In this document: positions 8,923 through 18,228 of the stretch, in pieces
How positions within the stretch are numbered: the first letter of the stretch is position 1
How the letters are laid out: each line of letters starts with the position of its first letter
Origin: an uncultured bacterium
GTDB lineage: Bacteria; Armatimonadota; UBA5829; DTLH01
Length of the DNA stretch: 64,000 nucleotides
Assembly: GCA_964497515.1 (NCBI GenBank)
Contig: CAZCCV010000003.1
Location: forward strand, 70,840 to 134,839
Reading direction: 5' to 3'
Notes under the pieces: model-generated
The model's database searches: none
Seen by the model: only the letters and a program-made list of their open reading frames with translations
What the model was told of the DNA's origin: nothing
Position numbers and translations under genes: made by a program

Positions 8923-9112
8923 CTCTCTACCTCCTTGCAGGGTCTTTGCCTCAATCCCCGATTCTAGTTCTACCTTCGACTACCCTTTTACCTCCCCATT
9001 AACAGAAATCCGTTGCCAATTTGCTCTTTTGCGCAATCCGTTCACAGTGTATCAGCTACCGTTGTCTAATAATGAAGGTATCGTTCTCTAGCTGCAATAC
9101 GTGCAAATTGTA

Positions 9113-9141
9113 TTGACCGTTTTGCGCTCAAGTGGTACAAT
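9113..9141 (+). promoter_or_regulatory. sigma70-like promoter TTGACC-17nt-TACAAT for tRNA-Ser
   Basis: -35 at 9113-9118, -10 at 9136-9141, about 22 nt before the mature tRNA 5' end. Confidence 0.55.
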
Positions 9142-9163
9142 CGAGACTCCAGAGACAGTAGTT

Positions 9164-9253
9164 GGAGCGATGTCCGAGTTGGTCGAAGGAGCAGCACTGG
9201 AAATGCTGTAACGGGCTTCCCGTTCGTGGGTTCGAATCCCACTCGCTCCGCCA
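9164..9253 (+). tRNA. tRNA-Ser (anticodon GGA), long variable arm, CCA encoded
   Basis: Acceptor stem GGAGCGA/TCGCTCC, D arm, anticodon loop CTGGAAA, 19-nt variable arm, T arm GTGGGTTCGAATCCCAC, discriminator G, CCA. Confidence 0.85.
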
Positions 9254-9375
9254 TAACAACGCACTAAAGCCGCTAAATCGTGCAAGATAATTAAAGGCGG
9301 CTTGGTTGTTGTACCCCTCAACACTATACGGCTCGGCAATTGGCCAAACCATAGATCGTCTTTTCATACCAGCGG

Positions 9376-10122
9376 TTGCTGTGGCACGTATGGTTTCCTC
9401 AACACGCACTGCGAAGAGGAGTAGCGTTTTTGTCTAGAGCGAAAGAAAACTGGTATTTCTATGGAGTGGTGATCGCATTCGCATTGGTGTTTGGTCGCCC
9501 TTCACCAATTGTAAGCAAACCTGTAGTTGATGTGTTTATCGACACTTTTGGTGTGTCTTTGGTGCTGATTGGGCTCTTGATTCGTGTTGTGGCGCGAGAT
9601 TGGAAGGCGAACTATGGAGACGATCAACTGGTTACTGGTGGTCCATACGCTATTGTTCGAAACCCGATGTATGTTGGCAGCCTGCATCTTGGCACCGGAC
9701 TGCTCACGGTCTATGGAAGTCTGCCACTCGTAGTCTTCTATGTGACTGCTTTTCTTTTTGTTCATCAATTGATAGTGCAACGGGAAGAGAGACACCTCCG
9801 ACTGGTCTACGCTGAAGAATACAACCGTTATGTCGAGACAACTCCGGCGTGGGTTCCGTCGGTCGTAGGATTTGTGCGCTTGCTGGTTTGCTCTCCTGGT
9901 TGGATCCGTTCAATTCCACACGCCTTGATCAGGGAGAAAAGTGCGATTGGCTGCAGTCTGTGCGCGGCCTGCCTGCTGGAAGCCGCTGGTGACAGCATAT
10001 CTATGGGGCTGAGCATAACTCATCCAGAGACTGTTATTTCGCTGATTGCCGCAGTATCCATCGGAAGTATCTGGATTGTAAGCGTCAGAGTTCTGAGGAA
10101 GTATGCCTCCCCTGCAAGGTGA
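9376..10122 (+). CDS. isoprenylcysteine carboxyl methyltransferase (ICMT/PEMT) family membrane methyltransferase; anomalous C-terminal extension reads through into the EamA remnant
   Basis: Motifs LVTGGPYAIVRNPMYVG and QREERHLRLVYAEEYNRYVETTP are typical of the ICMT family. Homology ends near aa 165 (about 9870), but the frame stays open to 10122. Confidence 0.6.
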   Translation: MLWHVWFPQHALRRGVAFLSRAKENWYFYGVVIAFALVFGRPSPIVSKPVVDVFIDTFGVSLVLIGLLIRVVARDWKANYGDDQLVTGGPYAIVRNPMYVGSLHLGTGLLTVYGSLPLVVFYVTAFLFVHQLIVQREERHLRLVYAEEYNRYVETTPAWVPSVVGFVRLLVCSPGWIRSIPHALIREKSAIGCSLCAACLLEAAGDSISMGLSITHPETVISLIAAVSIGSIWIVSVRVLRKYASPAR

Positions 10123-10316
10123 TACTCCAAGCAGTATTGTTATATCCGCTGGAATTGGAGTGGAGTGACTATGGGTTCATTATCAGCTTGGTTCTATTAT
10201 GCTGTTTTTCCACTTTCTTTGCCACTCTGTTCCTGGGAGAGCGTCCGATCGCTCGCGAATGGCTCGGAATAGCGTTGGTTACAAGTGGCGTGTTGATCTT
10301 TGCTTTGCGGAGATAG
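10119..10316 (+). pseudogene. C-terminal fragment of an EamA/DMT-family transporter
   Basis: 65-aa ORF ending FLGERPIAREWLGIALVTSGVLIFALRR, a typical EamA-domain C-terminus. Has no N-terminal partner and is frame-shifted relative to the ICMT read-through. Confidence 0.4.
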
Positions 10317-10366
10317 ACATCCGCTTAGTGTTACAAAGCTCACCGATTAATCAGTAAAGATACGAA

Positions 10367-10399
10367 GAAGCCGCCTCGAATTGTGAACGAGGCGGCTTC
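10367..10399. terminator. bidirectional rho-independent terminator, perfect 12-bp stem
   Basis: GAAGCCGCCTCG-aattgtgaa-CGAGGCGGCTTC, flanked by T-rich sequence on both strands. Lies between the EamA fragment (+) and the lipoprotein gene (-). Confidence 0.6.
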
Positions 10400-10428
10400 T
10401 CGCCTGTATTATTGTTGGCCGATTTCTT

Positions 10429-11802
10429 CTACTTGGTGTAAGGCTGCAGCTTGATTATATGCTGCGCCAACTGCCATCTGATCGCCTGGAGCTCATTGTT
10501 CTTTAGTTCCGCGAGTGGTTTGCTCAGAACTGCATTGAGATAAGACTCTGCTGCACTAACAGCTTCTGGACCCTTCTTCAAGTCTTTAGCCTCACGCAAT
10601 AGCTGCATCATGGTTGTAATGTATCGGGTATCATCTACACCTTCGCGTAATGCTTCCCAACGGATGGTCCCGATAATCGAATCGGATTCTTCGGGAAGAG
10701 TAGGGAAGACTCCGAATAGTCCGCTCTTCCACAGAAGGTATCCAGAGTTCAGCCGGTTTATTCTTGCATTTCCTGTAATATCCCAGTAGTACCATTCGCG
10801 TCTGCCGATTTCTGGTTTGTCGCCGTTAAAGAGCCCCTGAATGTAGGGCATTTCAATGTTGCAGAAAACATTGGCAGCTGAAGGCGCAAGATTCTCGTAG
10901 GCAGGCATATTGTCGACAATCACCAGCGATGTCAGCTTGGCTTTCCGCATCGCTTTCATAGTCTCTGTGGCACTTTCTATATCTTCTTCACTCTCCGGCT
11001 TAATAGCTGCGCAGCATACCAGACCCGTTGCACCTGCCAAGCGTTCTTCTGCTTTTATATCTTTTACGTTCTCTTCGTTTATCTCGGGAAAGGTGTAAGG
11101 CACAATCGAGCCAAAGCCGTTTATCTTGATAGATCTCAAAGCCTCGCTCAGTCTATCCACTGGAACGCTGGTCGAAATCAGCTTGAAACCATTGTCTTTG
11201 ATTGCATTTAGTCTATCTTCAGGCGTTGTTTCGCACTCTGCCAGGTCAGGCAGAATCATTCCGTACTGTTTCGATGACGATACAAGCCTTATTGGAAGCA
11301 CCTTAACTTCGAGTGGGATCCTGCCGACGACTTTGCCGTCCGCTATGGCAACAACAGCACCCGTATAAGTTCCTGCAGCGGTGCCGTTTGGTGCATACAT
11401 TGAAATCCAGTAACGTTTTACTGTATCTGATTGAAGATCAATAGGAGAGACAGGCAGAATCTTATCGCCATCGACCACCGACAGCGCAAACATACTCACA
11501 GGGAGCTTACTCTTGCCGCTGGTGAGGTCCCCTTCTAGTTTAACAGTCACTTCGTTCATGCCCTTAGGAGCCTTCATCAGAAATGAACCTGGTTCTGTCT
11601 CATTTGGGCAGACGAATATTGAAATTTTGGGTGTGATTTCGCTTCCATCAAATGTAGTCACGCCCTGCAGTACTACTGGATACGATGGGGCAACAGCTTT
11701 TACAGCCGGCTTAGGAGCCGCCTTGACCACTGGTTTTGCTGCCCACCCACTGCAGGCAACTGCCGCTGTTAACGCAAGGGACAATAGTAGATGCTTCTTC
11801 AA
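10429..11802 (-). CDS. secreted lipoprotein, hypothetical (possible glycoside-hydrolase-like fold)
   Basis: Signal peptide plus lipobox LALTAAVACSG. 457 aa with no confidently recognised domain. Confidence 0.5.
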   Translation of the reverse strand: MKKHLLLSLALTAAVACSGWAAKPVVKAAPKPAVKAVAPSYPVVLQGVTTFDGSEITPKISIFVCPNETEPGSFLMKAPKGMNEVTVKLEGDLTSGKSKLPVSMFALSVVDGDKILPVSPIDLQSDTVKRYWISMYAPNGTAAGTYTGAVVAIADGKVVGRIPLEVKVLPIRLVSSSKQYGMILPDLAECETTPEDRLNAIKDNGFKLISTSVPVDRLSEALRSIKINGFGSIVPYTFPEINEENVKDIKAEERLAGATGLVCCAAIKPESEEDIESATETMKAMRKAKLTSLVIVDNMPAYENLAPSAANVFCNIEMPYIQGLFNGDKPEIGRREWYYWDITGNARINRLNSGYLLWKSGLFGVFPTLPEESDSIIGTIRWEALREGVDDTRYITTMMQLLREAKDLKKGPEAVSAAESYLNAVLSKPLAELKNNELQAIRWQLAQHIIKLQPYTK

Positions 11803-11869
11803 CTCACTTCCTCCTTGAGTTCATCCATGAAAACGATGCTGACACTAGTCAGCTCTTTCTTTCCGATTT

Positions 11870-13090
11870 CTATCTGGTTCGAGGCTGTCTTCTAATGCTT
11901 TCCTGTGGTGGCTCCTCGAATCTGAGGGTTACCGTCCGTTTCGCCTTGTCTCTCCAGATAGTGAGCTTTGCAGTCTGGCCAATCCTGGCCTTTATCAGAA
12001 AACGCTGCATATCGGATACCGACCGTATTGGCATCCCGTCAGCCTCGAGAATCACATCTCCAGGCACAATTCCGGCTCTATTGGCGGGGCTGCCGTTCAT
12101 CACTTCCGCCACAAGTGCGCCTTCGGGCTTCTGCAGGCCGAGTTGCCTTGCTCCACGAGCGGAAAGGTCGTAATAGTACATTCCTGTCCACGGTCGACGA
12201 ACCTTACCGTACTTCTCTAACTCTTCAACCACGCCTTTAATGGTGCTAACAGATATTGCAAAGCCGAGCCCCTGACCGTACGGGATGATTGCTGTGTTCA
12301 GACCGATGATGTTACCTTCGATGTTGCACAATGGGCCTCCAGAGTTGCCAGGGTTGATTGCGGCATCTGTCTGAATGAGGTTCTCCATTGGTGTGCTGTT
12401 CTGTGTGGCTAATGCACGGCCCGTGGCACTCACTACACCCACGGTAACTGAATTGTGGAATCCAAAGGGGTTGCCTATCGCTATCGCTGTTTCCCCAATC
12501 ATCAGTTGATCGTCATTTGCGAGTTCAGCCTGTGGCAGATTGGTGCCATCTATCTTCAACAGAGCCAGGTCGCTGATTTCGTCGGCTCCAACCAGAGTGC
12601 CTTCATAGGTCTGCTTGTTCGGCAGACTGATCTTGATCTGTCCTTTTCCGTCTTTGACTTCGTGAACGACGTGCTCGTTTGTCAGGATGAAACCTCGTTT
12701 ACCATCGATTATAACTCCAGACCCCTGGCCTTTTCGTGGCATTGGCTGGCTGAACATAGGGTCATCGCCGAAAAAATCCCTGAAAATACTCGGTAGTGTC
12801 GAACGCCTTTCAACGAAGAGTGTATCAATGTTTACAACTGCCGGACCAACTTTGGCGACTGCGTTTACTACAGGATTCCTTTTGGTATCGCCGACGGGAG
12901 GCAGTGTTATCGTCCCCATCGAAGTGATGGAGGCAGCGCTTTCGTACGAAGCTAACTGCGGCACAGCTTGCCTATTGCTTGAATAGCTGGTGCGCACATC
13001 AGTTACTACGGCCAACGTCGATAGTAACGCCAAAACACCGATAACTGTCACAACAGCCTTTTCGTGCACTTTTCTTACCTCCGCGCCCAA
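11870..13090 (-). CDS. htrA: HtrA/DegP-family serine protease with PDZ domain
   Basis: Trypsin-like motifs TNEHVV, GNSGGPL. C-terminal PDZ domain. N-terminal TM helix. Confidence 0.85.
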   Translation of the reverse strand: MGAEVRKVHEKAVVTVIGVLALLSTLAVVTDVRTSYSSNRQAVPQLASYESAASITSMGTITLPPVGDTKRNPVVNAVAKVGPAVVNIDTLFVERRSTLPSIFRDFFGDDPMFSQPMPRKGQGSGVIIDGKRGFILTNEHVVHEVKDGKGQIKISLPNKQTYEGTLVGADEISDLALLKIDGTNLPQAELANDDQLMIGETAIAIGNPFGFHNSVTVGVVSATGRALATQNSTPMENLIQTDAAINPGNSGGPLCNIEGNIIGLNTAIIPYGQGLGFAISVSTIKGVVEELEKYGKVRRPWTGMYYYDLSARGARQLGLQKPEGALVAEVMNGSPANRAGIVPGDVILEADGMPIRSVSDMQRFLIKARIGQTAKLTIWRDKAKRTVTLRFEEPPQESIRRQPRTR

Positions 13091-13275
13091 AGCACTGCTG
13101 GGTATGATATTTGAGGGTCAGTGTCCGCGGGGACTAACTGGACTCAATCATAAGACGTGTGCGGACACACATGTATTACAGTCGAATCAATGGGTTCCCT
13201 ATAGCCAGCTAAATCGACATTTGCAGATATACATCGTAGTATAATGAGGAGCAAACCTGCACTTGGAGGTGAAAT

Positions 13276-13494
13276 ATGCTTTTTCCGAAAGACAAACTGC
13301 AAATAGTTGCGAGTTGCCAGGGGAAGACCAGCGAAGAAGGCTGGCTGGTTGTCGACATTATGCGGGTCGATATGGAAGGTGTCAGCAAGCTCTACATCGA
13401 TCTATCTGACGTCGCGATGCTTCGGAAACAGAAAGATGAACAGGCAGAACTGGTGAGGCGTGCAAAAGACTTATTGAGTTTCGGCGAAGAGTAG
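13276..13494 (+). CDS. small hypothetical protein (72 aa)
   Basis: RBS GGAGGTGAAAT before ATG. No recognised domain. Confidence 0.35.
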   Translation: MLFPKDKLQIVASCQGKTSEEGWLVVDIMRVDMEGVSKLYIDLSDVAMLRKQKDEQAELVRRAKDLLSFGEE

Positions 13495-13510
13495 CACTGC
13501 CTAAGCTTCT

Positions 13511-14401
13511 TCATATTGTCTTTATGGTGCGTATTGCTTCCAAAAATCGTTCGATGGCAGGCGTCAGGTATTTGTCCTTTCTGTGGATTAGCGACAGTCT
13601 GCGTGACAGATGCGGGAGGTCAACTATCTCCACGACTGCAAGCTGCGCCTGCTGTGCCTGAGATCGCACCGACACTCCTGGGACCAGTGAGGCTCCCACG
13701 CCAATCTCAACCAGAGCTTTTATGGCTTCAACGTTATCGAGTTCCATCTGTACCTGAGGGGTTACTCCACCACTGGCAAAAATCGCATCGAGGTGTGCTC
13801 GAAAACCAGTGCCTCGCACAAAGAGTATTAGCGGTTCGTGAGCAAACTCAGTAAGCGCAACCTGCTTTCGCCCGGCAAGTCTATGGTCGCTACTCACAAT
13901 AGCCACTACATCGTCGTCCAGCAGGGGTTCAACTATAAGATCCTCCTCTCCAACAGGGCTGGTCACCAGTCCCAAGTCTACTTCTCCAGTTCGCACCATC
14001 TCTGCGACCTGTTTGCTCGTGCCGCTCTGGATTATTACTTCAATCTTCCTGTGTTGCGTTCTAAGTGACTGAAGAATTGGAGGGAGAGTAAATATTGTTG
14101 TAGTAGCACCAGCACCGACAACTACTCGCCCTTGTTCACCTAGCGCAGCTTCAGAAATCGCGTATTTTGCTTCTTCAGCCAACCTTAGAATCCTCAATGC
14201 ATATCGGTGAAGCATCTCTCCGGGCTGTGTCAGCCTGATAGTTCTGCCCCCACGTTCCAGTAGGGATATTCCCAACTCCTTTTCGAGTTCCTTTATATGC
14301 ATCGATACAGCAGGCTGCGTTATGTACAAATCATCCGCTGCTCTACTGAAGCTGCCAAGCCGCACAATCGTGCAAAAAGTCTCGAGCTGTCTAATCTCCA
14401 T
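13511..14401 (-). CDS. LysR-family transcriptional regulator
   Basis: N-terminal HTH MEIRQLETFCTIVRLGSFSRAADDLYITQPAVSMHIKELE, plus the LysR substrate-binding domain. Confidence 0.85.
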   Translation of the reverse strand: MEIRQLETFCTIVRLGSFSRAADDLYITQPAVSMHIKELEKELGISLLERGGRTIRLTQPGEMLHRYALRILRLAEEAKYAISEAALGEQGRVVVGAGATTTIFTLPPILQSLRTQHRKIEVIIQSGTSKQVAEMVRTGEVDLGLVTSPVGEEDLIVEPLLDDDVVAIVSSDHRLAGRKQVALTEFAHEPLILFVRGTGFRAHLDAIFASGGVTPQVQMELDNVEAIKALVEIGVGASLVPGVSVRSQAQQAQLAVVEIVDLPHLSRRLSLIHRKDKYLTPAIERFLEAIRTIKTI

Positions 14402-14495
14402 AGATCAATTATAACGTACACTTATGGATCGCATAAGAAATATTCACTGGACTAATCGAATTGACCTCACTATATTGTATTGGAGGTGGTTTGCT

Positions 14496-15764
14496 ATGCC
14501 GGCTACGGCCGTAATTGGAACACAATGGGGAGATGAGGGCAAAGGGAGGATTGTAGACCTCCTTGCAGAAGATGCTGCTGCGGTAGTCAGATGCCAGGGT
14601 GGCGCAAATGCAGGGCATACGGTCATCAACCACTTTGGCAAGTTCGCTCTCCATCTTATACCTTCAGGGATATTCAGTGATGCCACGTGCGTGATAGGCA
14701 CTGGAGTGGCTTTCGACCCGCTTGCACTGTTGGAAGAGATTTCGGTGCTCGAAGCTGCCGGAGTGAAAACCGACAAGCTGGTGGTCTCTGACCGTGCTCA
14801 CGTTGTAATGCCCTACCACATACTGGCAGACAGGCTGGAAGAGGAGCGATTGGGCAAGCGGCAGATAGGTACCACGCTGAAAGGAATCGGTCCGTCTTAC
14901 AGTGACAAGGTGGGACGAATCGGCATCCAGGCAGGGGATCTTCTGAACCCAGACGTGCTTGCAGACAAGGTTCGCGCTGCTCTCGAGTGGAGAAATGCGA
15001 TAATTGAAGGTGTCTACAAGCATAAGCCTGTTCAGGTCGATGAGATAATCGATTGGGCGCGCGAAAAAGGGGCACGGTTACGCGGAATCATCCGGCCGAC
15101 GAGTCCTATTCTACACAGTGTGCTCAAAAAGAATCAGAGAATCCTCCTCGAGGGTCAACTTGGCACAATGCGCGACATCGACTGGGGTGCATATCCATAC
15201 ATCACCACGTCTTCGACTGTCACCGCCGGGTTGTGCGCCGGTTCTGGAGTTCCTCCCACTGCGATCGATCGTGTGATAGGAATAACCAAGGCTTACACGA
15301 CGGCAGTTGGTTCTGGTCCTTTCCCGACCGAACTCGACGACGCTACAGGCGAGTGGCTGCGTAACCATGGTGGGGAGTTTGGATCGACAACTGGTCGTCC
15401 GAGACGCTGTGGATGGTTCGATGCAGTCGCTGTTCGATATGTTGTTGAACTAAACGGCGTAACAGAGATCACACTCACCAAAGTCGACGTGCTCGACGGT
15501 TTAGATAAACTTAAGGTAGCAGTTGCGTATCGCATCGGTGGCGAAGTCACTACCGAGATTCCAACGACTGTGCCGATGGAGCAGGCAGAGCCAATCTACG
15601 AGGAGTTTGAAGGTTGGACAGGATCGGCAGACGTGACATCCTTTGACGAGCTTCCCATAACTGCTCAGAAATACATCAGCAGACTTCAGGAGCTTATAGG
15701 AGTGCGCATCCGGCTGGTATCTATCGGCCCAGAGCGGCATCAGATATTTGAGTGGGCTGATTAG
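14496..15764 (+). CDS. purA: adenylosuccinate synthetase
   Basis: GDEGKGRIVD P-loop and GGANAGHTV motifs. Start at ATG 14496 (RBS GGAGGTGG). The longer ORF from 14424 is unlikely. Confidence 0.9.
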   Translation: MPATAVIGTQWGDEGKGRIVDLLAEDAAAVVRCQGGANAGHTVINHFGKFALHLIPSGIFSDATCVIGTGVAFDPLALLEEISVLEAAGVKTDKLVVSDRAHVVMPYHILADRLEEERLGKRQIGTTLKGIGPSYSDKVGRIGIQAGDLLNPDVLADKVRAALEWRNAIIEGVYKHKPVQVDEIIDWAREKGARLRGIIRPTSPILHSVLKKNQRILLEGQLGTMRDIDWGAYPYITTSSTVTAGLCAGSGVPPTAIDRVIGITKAYTTAVGSGPFPTELDDATGEWLRNHGGEFGSTTGRPRRCGWFDAVAVRYVVELNGVTEITLTKVDVLDGLDKLKVAVAYRIGGEVTTEIPTTVPMEQAEPIYEEFEGWTGSADVTSFDELPITAQKYISRLQELIGVRIRLVSIGPERHQIFEWAD

Positions 15765-15794
15765 CAGTAGCGCTACTGCACGAAAGAGAAATAG

Positions 15795-15827
15795 AAAGGG
15801 TGGTCACCCTCGGTGCCCACCCTTTTT
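15795..15827. terminator. bidirectional rho-independent terminator between purA and hcp
   Basis: Stem AAAGGGTGG/CCACCCTTT with a 13-nt loop. T-tracts on both strands. Confidence 0.55.
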
Positions 15828-15850
15828 GTACGCCTTACTCTATCCTGCGA

Positions 15851-17458
15851 CTATGCAAGGATGGCTTGCAGGTCTTCCTGAGGAGTGGAGATCGGAGCTA
15901 TGTTGAACTTCTCTACCAGCACGTTCAAAACGTTTGATGAAACGAACGCAGGAAGGGAAGGGCCGATCTTGATGTTCTTGATACCAAGATGCAGAAGTGT
16001 CAGCAGAATTGCTACAGCTTTCTGCTCGTACCAAGAGAGCACCATTGAGAGCGGAAGTTCGTTTACACCTACACCGAATGCGTCGGCGAGCGCAACTGCT
16101 ATCTGAATTGCAGAGTAGGCGTCGTTGCACTGGCCGATGTCGAGCAGCCTCGGAATTCCACCAATGTCGCCGAACTCGAGCTTGTTGAAGCGAAACTTTC
16201 CGCAGGCAAGCGTGAGGATAACACAGTCATCGGGAACAACCTGTGCCAGATCGGTGTAGTAGTTGCGTCCCGGCTTCGCGCCGTCGCAACCGCCGATGAG
16301 GAAGAAATGCTTGATCGCACCGCTCTTCACACCGTCAATGACCTTATCGGCAACACCGAGCACTGCATCGTGACCGAAGCCCACGAGGATTGTCTTGTCG
16401 CTTCCATCTTCAGTGAATCCAGGTGCGGCCAATGCAGCTTCGATGACCGGAGTGAAGTCGTGCCCAGGGATATGCTTTACGCCAGGCCACTGAACCAGGC
16501 CGGTTGTAAATATGCGATCCATATAACTCGGGCGCGGGCGCTGAATGCAGTTCGTAGTCATCAGAATTGCACCAGGGAACTCGTTGAACTCTCTGACCTG
16601 ATTCTGCCAGGCACCGCCATAGTTGCCGACCAGATGCTTGTAGGCTTTGAGCTTCGGATAACCGTGTGCTGGGAGCATCTCACCGTGCGTGTAGATGTTA
16701 ATGCCCTTGCCTTCTGTCTGCTTCAGCAGCTCTTCGAGGTCTTTCAAATCGTGTCCGGATACCAGAATCGCTTTGCCCTTTACAGGCTCAATGCGTACGG
16801 GCGTCGGAACCGGATGCCCATAGGCGCTGGTATTCGCGGTGTCGAGGAGTTCCATAACCTTGAGGTTTAACTCGCCCACTTTCAAAGCCATAGCAGTCAA
16901 GTCATCAACTGACGGGCTCGGGTTGGTGAGGAAACTTAGAGCCTCGTGGAAACCAGCATATGCGGCGTCATCTTCCTGTCCAAGAATCTGCGCGTGATCT
17001 GCATAGGCTGCTGCACCCTTCAGGCCGTAGGTTATAAGCTCCTGCAGGCTTACTACGTCGTCGCCGTAATCCTCACGTCGACCAACGATCGACTTACCAG
17101 TGGCGGCTTCCATATCGAACGTTTCCGGCGTTTTGCCGGCCTTCACGCAGGCGTCTTCATACAGCTTCTTCGCCGTATCACGCATTTCCACAGCCTTGTC
17201 GATCATCAGTTGCACTGTTTCGGGATCGAAGTTCACGTTGGTAACAGTTGTGAAGAGAGCTTCGATTGTGAAGACATCGATCTCTTTGCTCGATGCGCCG
17301 AGTTGGCGCGCTCTGTGGGCATACCACGAGATCGCCCTGGTTACAAATAACAGCTCATCCTGCAAAACAGCGGTCTCGGCATCCTTGCCACACACCCCTG
17401 AGGTGGTACATCCTGTGCCTTTGACCGTCTGCTCGCATTGATAACAGAACATGTTCAT
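15851..17458 (-). CDS. hcp: hybrid-cluster protein (hydroxylamine reductase)
   Basis: N-terminal MFCYQCEQT...CTTSGVCGK cysteine motif, about 535 aa, hcp family. Confidence 0.9.
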   Translation of the reverse strand: MNMFCYQCEQTVKGTGCTTSGVCGKDAETAVLQDELLFVTRAISWYAHRARQLGASSKEIDVFTIEALFTTVTNVNFDPETVQLMIDKAVEMRDTAKKLYEDACVKAGKTPETFDMEAATGKSIVGRREDYGDDVVSLQELITYGLKGAAAYADHAQILGQEDDAAYAGFHEALSFLTNPSPSVDDLTAMALKVGELNLKVMELLDTANTSAYGHPVPTPVRIEPVKGKAILVSGHDLKDLEELLKQTEGKGINIYTHGEMLPAHGYPKLKAYKHLVGNYGGAWQNQVREFNEFPGAILMTTNCIQRPRPSYMDRIFTTGLVQWPGVKHIPGHDFTPVIEAALAAPGFTEDGSDKTILVGFGHDAVLGVADKVIDGVKSGAIKHFFLIGGCDGAKPGRNYYTDLAQVVPDDCVILTLACGKFRFNKLEFGDIGGIPRLLDIGQCNDAYSAIQIAVALADAFGVGVNELPLSMVLSWYEQKAVAILLTLLHLGIKNIKIGPSLPAFVSSNVLNVLVEKFNIAPISTPQEDLQAILA

Positions 17459-17489
17459 AGACTCCTCCTATTGGTAGCATAAAGAATAG

Positions 17490-17894
17490 TCACGGTTTAA
17501 TAATCCCGAGAGTGGTATTAGACAGGCGTTCTGTTACCTGTCTGTTGATTTGAGAAACTAAGTCGCCGAGGATACATTCGGCTCTGCCGCAGGTTGGCTG
17601 GCCAAGCAGACAATCCGACGTTTCGAGCGGGCCGTCTATTGTCTCATACACTTCGAGCAAAGTGATCTCATCAGCCGGCTTCGCAAGTCGCATTCCACCC
17701 TTTGGCCCACGCGCAGTCTCGACGAGCTTGGCGTGTGCCAGACGCTGGCTGACCTTCGATAGATGGTTCTCCGACACAGCCAGGCGTTTGGCAATATGAT
17801 GAGTCGATAACCATTGGTCGGGCGACTCAGCCAGTACGCTCATAGCATGCAAAGCTAAAGATGCGGCTTCAGATATTCTGAGTAGGCTCGGCAT
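17490..17894 (-). CDS. Rrf2-family transcriptional regulator (NsrR/IscR-like, three-Cys Fe-S ligand set)
   Basis: HTH region HHIAKRLAVSENHLSKVSQRL. Cys cluster CLLGQPTCGRAEC. Lies directly upstream of hcp and is co-oriented with it. Confidence 0.8.
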   Translation of the reverse strand: MPSLLRISEAASLALHAMSVLAESPDQWLSTHHIAKRLAVSENHLSKVSQRLAHAKLVETARGPKGGMRLAKPADEITLLEVYETIDGPLETSDCLLGQPTCGRAECILGDLVSQINRQVTERLSNTTLGIIKP

Positions 17895-18057
17895 TGGCCT
17901 TTCTTTCCGTTGTATTCAGGCATTTCAGTACTTCACTACCACTTTATAGAAGTCGAACGACTGTGTCAACAGAAATCGTCCTAGCGGGGAAAAATGCCCC
18001 ATTTTTATTGCAGTCACTCCGTTTGCTGAATACTCTGTTTGTGCCTCTCGGGTTTCC

Positions 18058-18087
18058 TTGACACAGCGGTACGAGGGTACCTATAAT
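18058..18087 (+). promoter_or_regulatory. consensus sigma70 promoter TTGACA-18nt-TATAAT for nuoH-N
   Basis: -35 at 18058-18063, -10 at 18082-18087, about 140 nt upstream of nuoH. Confidence 0.6.
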
Positions 18088-18228
18088 AGGTTGGCACGCT
18101 TTTCAGACCTCCTGTGTCCGTGAATCTGGAACAGGCCAGAGCGGTTTTTGGCATGAGGTTATGATCAGAGCGGATCTAGCGCGCCTTTTGCTCCCTCGTG
18201 TTGCGAAATCCGCTGCGAGACCCTTTAC

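Noticed and set aside
9254-10430. Possible tRNA-Ser-targeted genomic island
   Set aside because: No integrase, no phage/plasmid genes, and no detectable direct repeat of the tRNA 3' end. Only two small membrane-protein genes and a terminator follow.
17984-18009. GGGG-aaaaatg-CCCC hairpin plus T5 in the Rrf2/nuoH divergent region
   Set aside because: It looks like a plus-strand intrinsic terminator, but there is no upstream plus-strand gene. It sits before the nuoH promoter and may be fortuitous or a remnant. It is mentioned in the hcp finding only.
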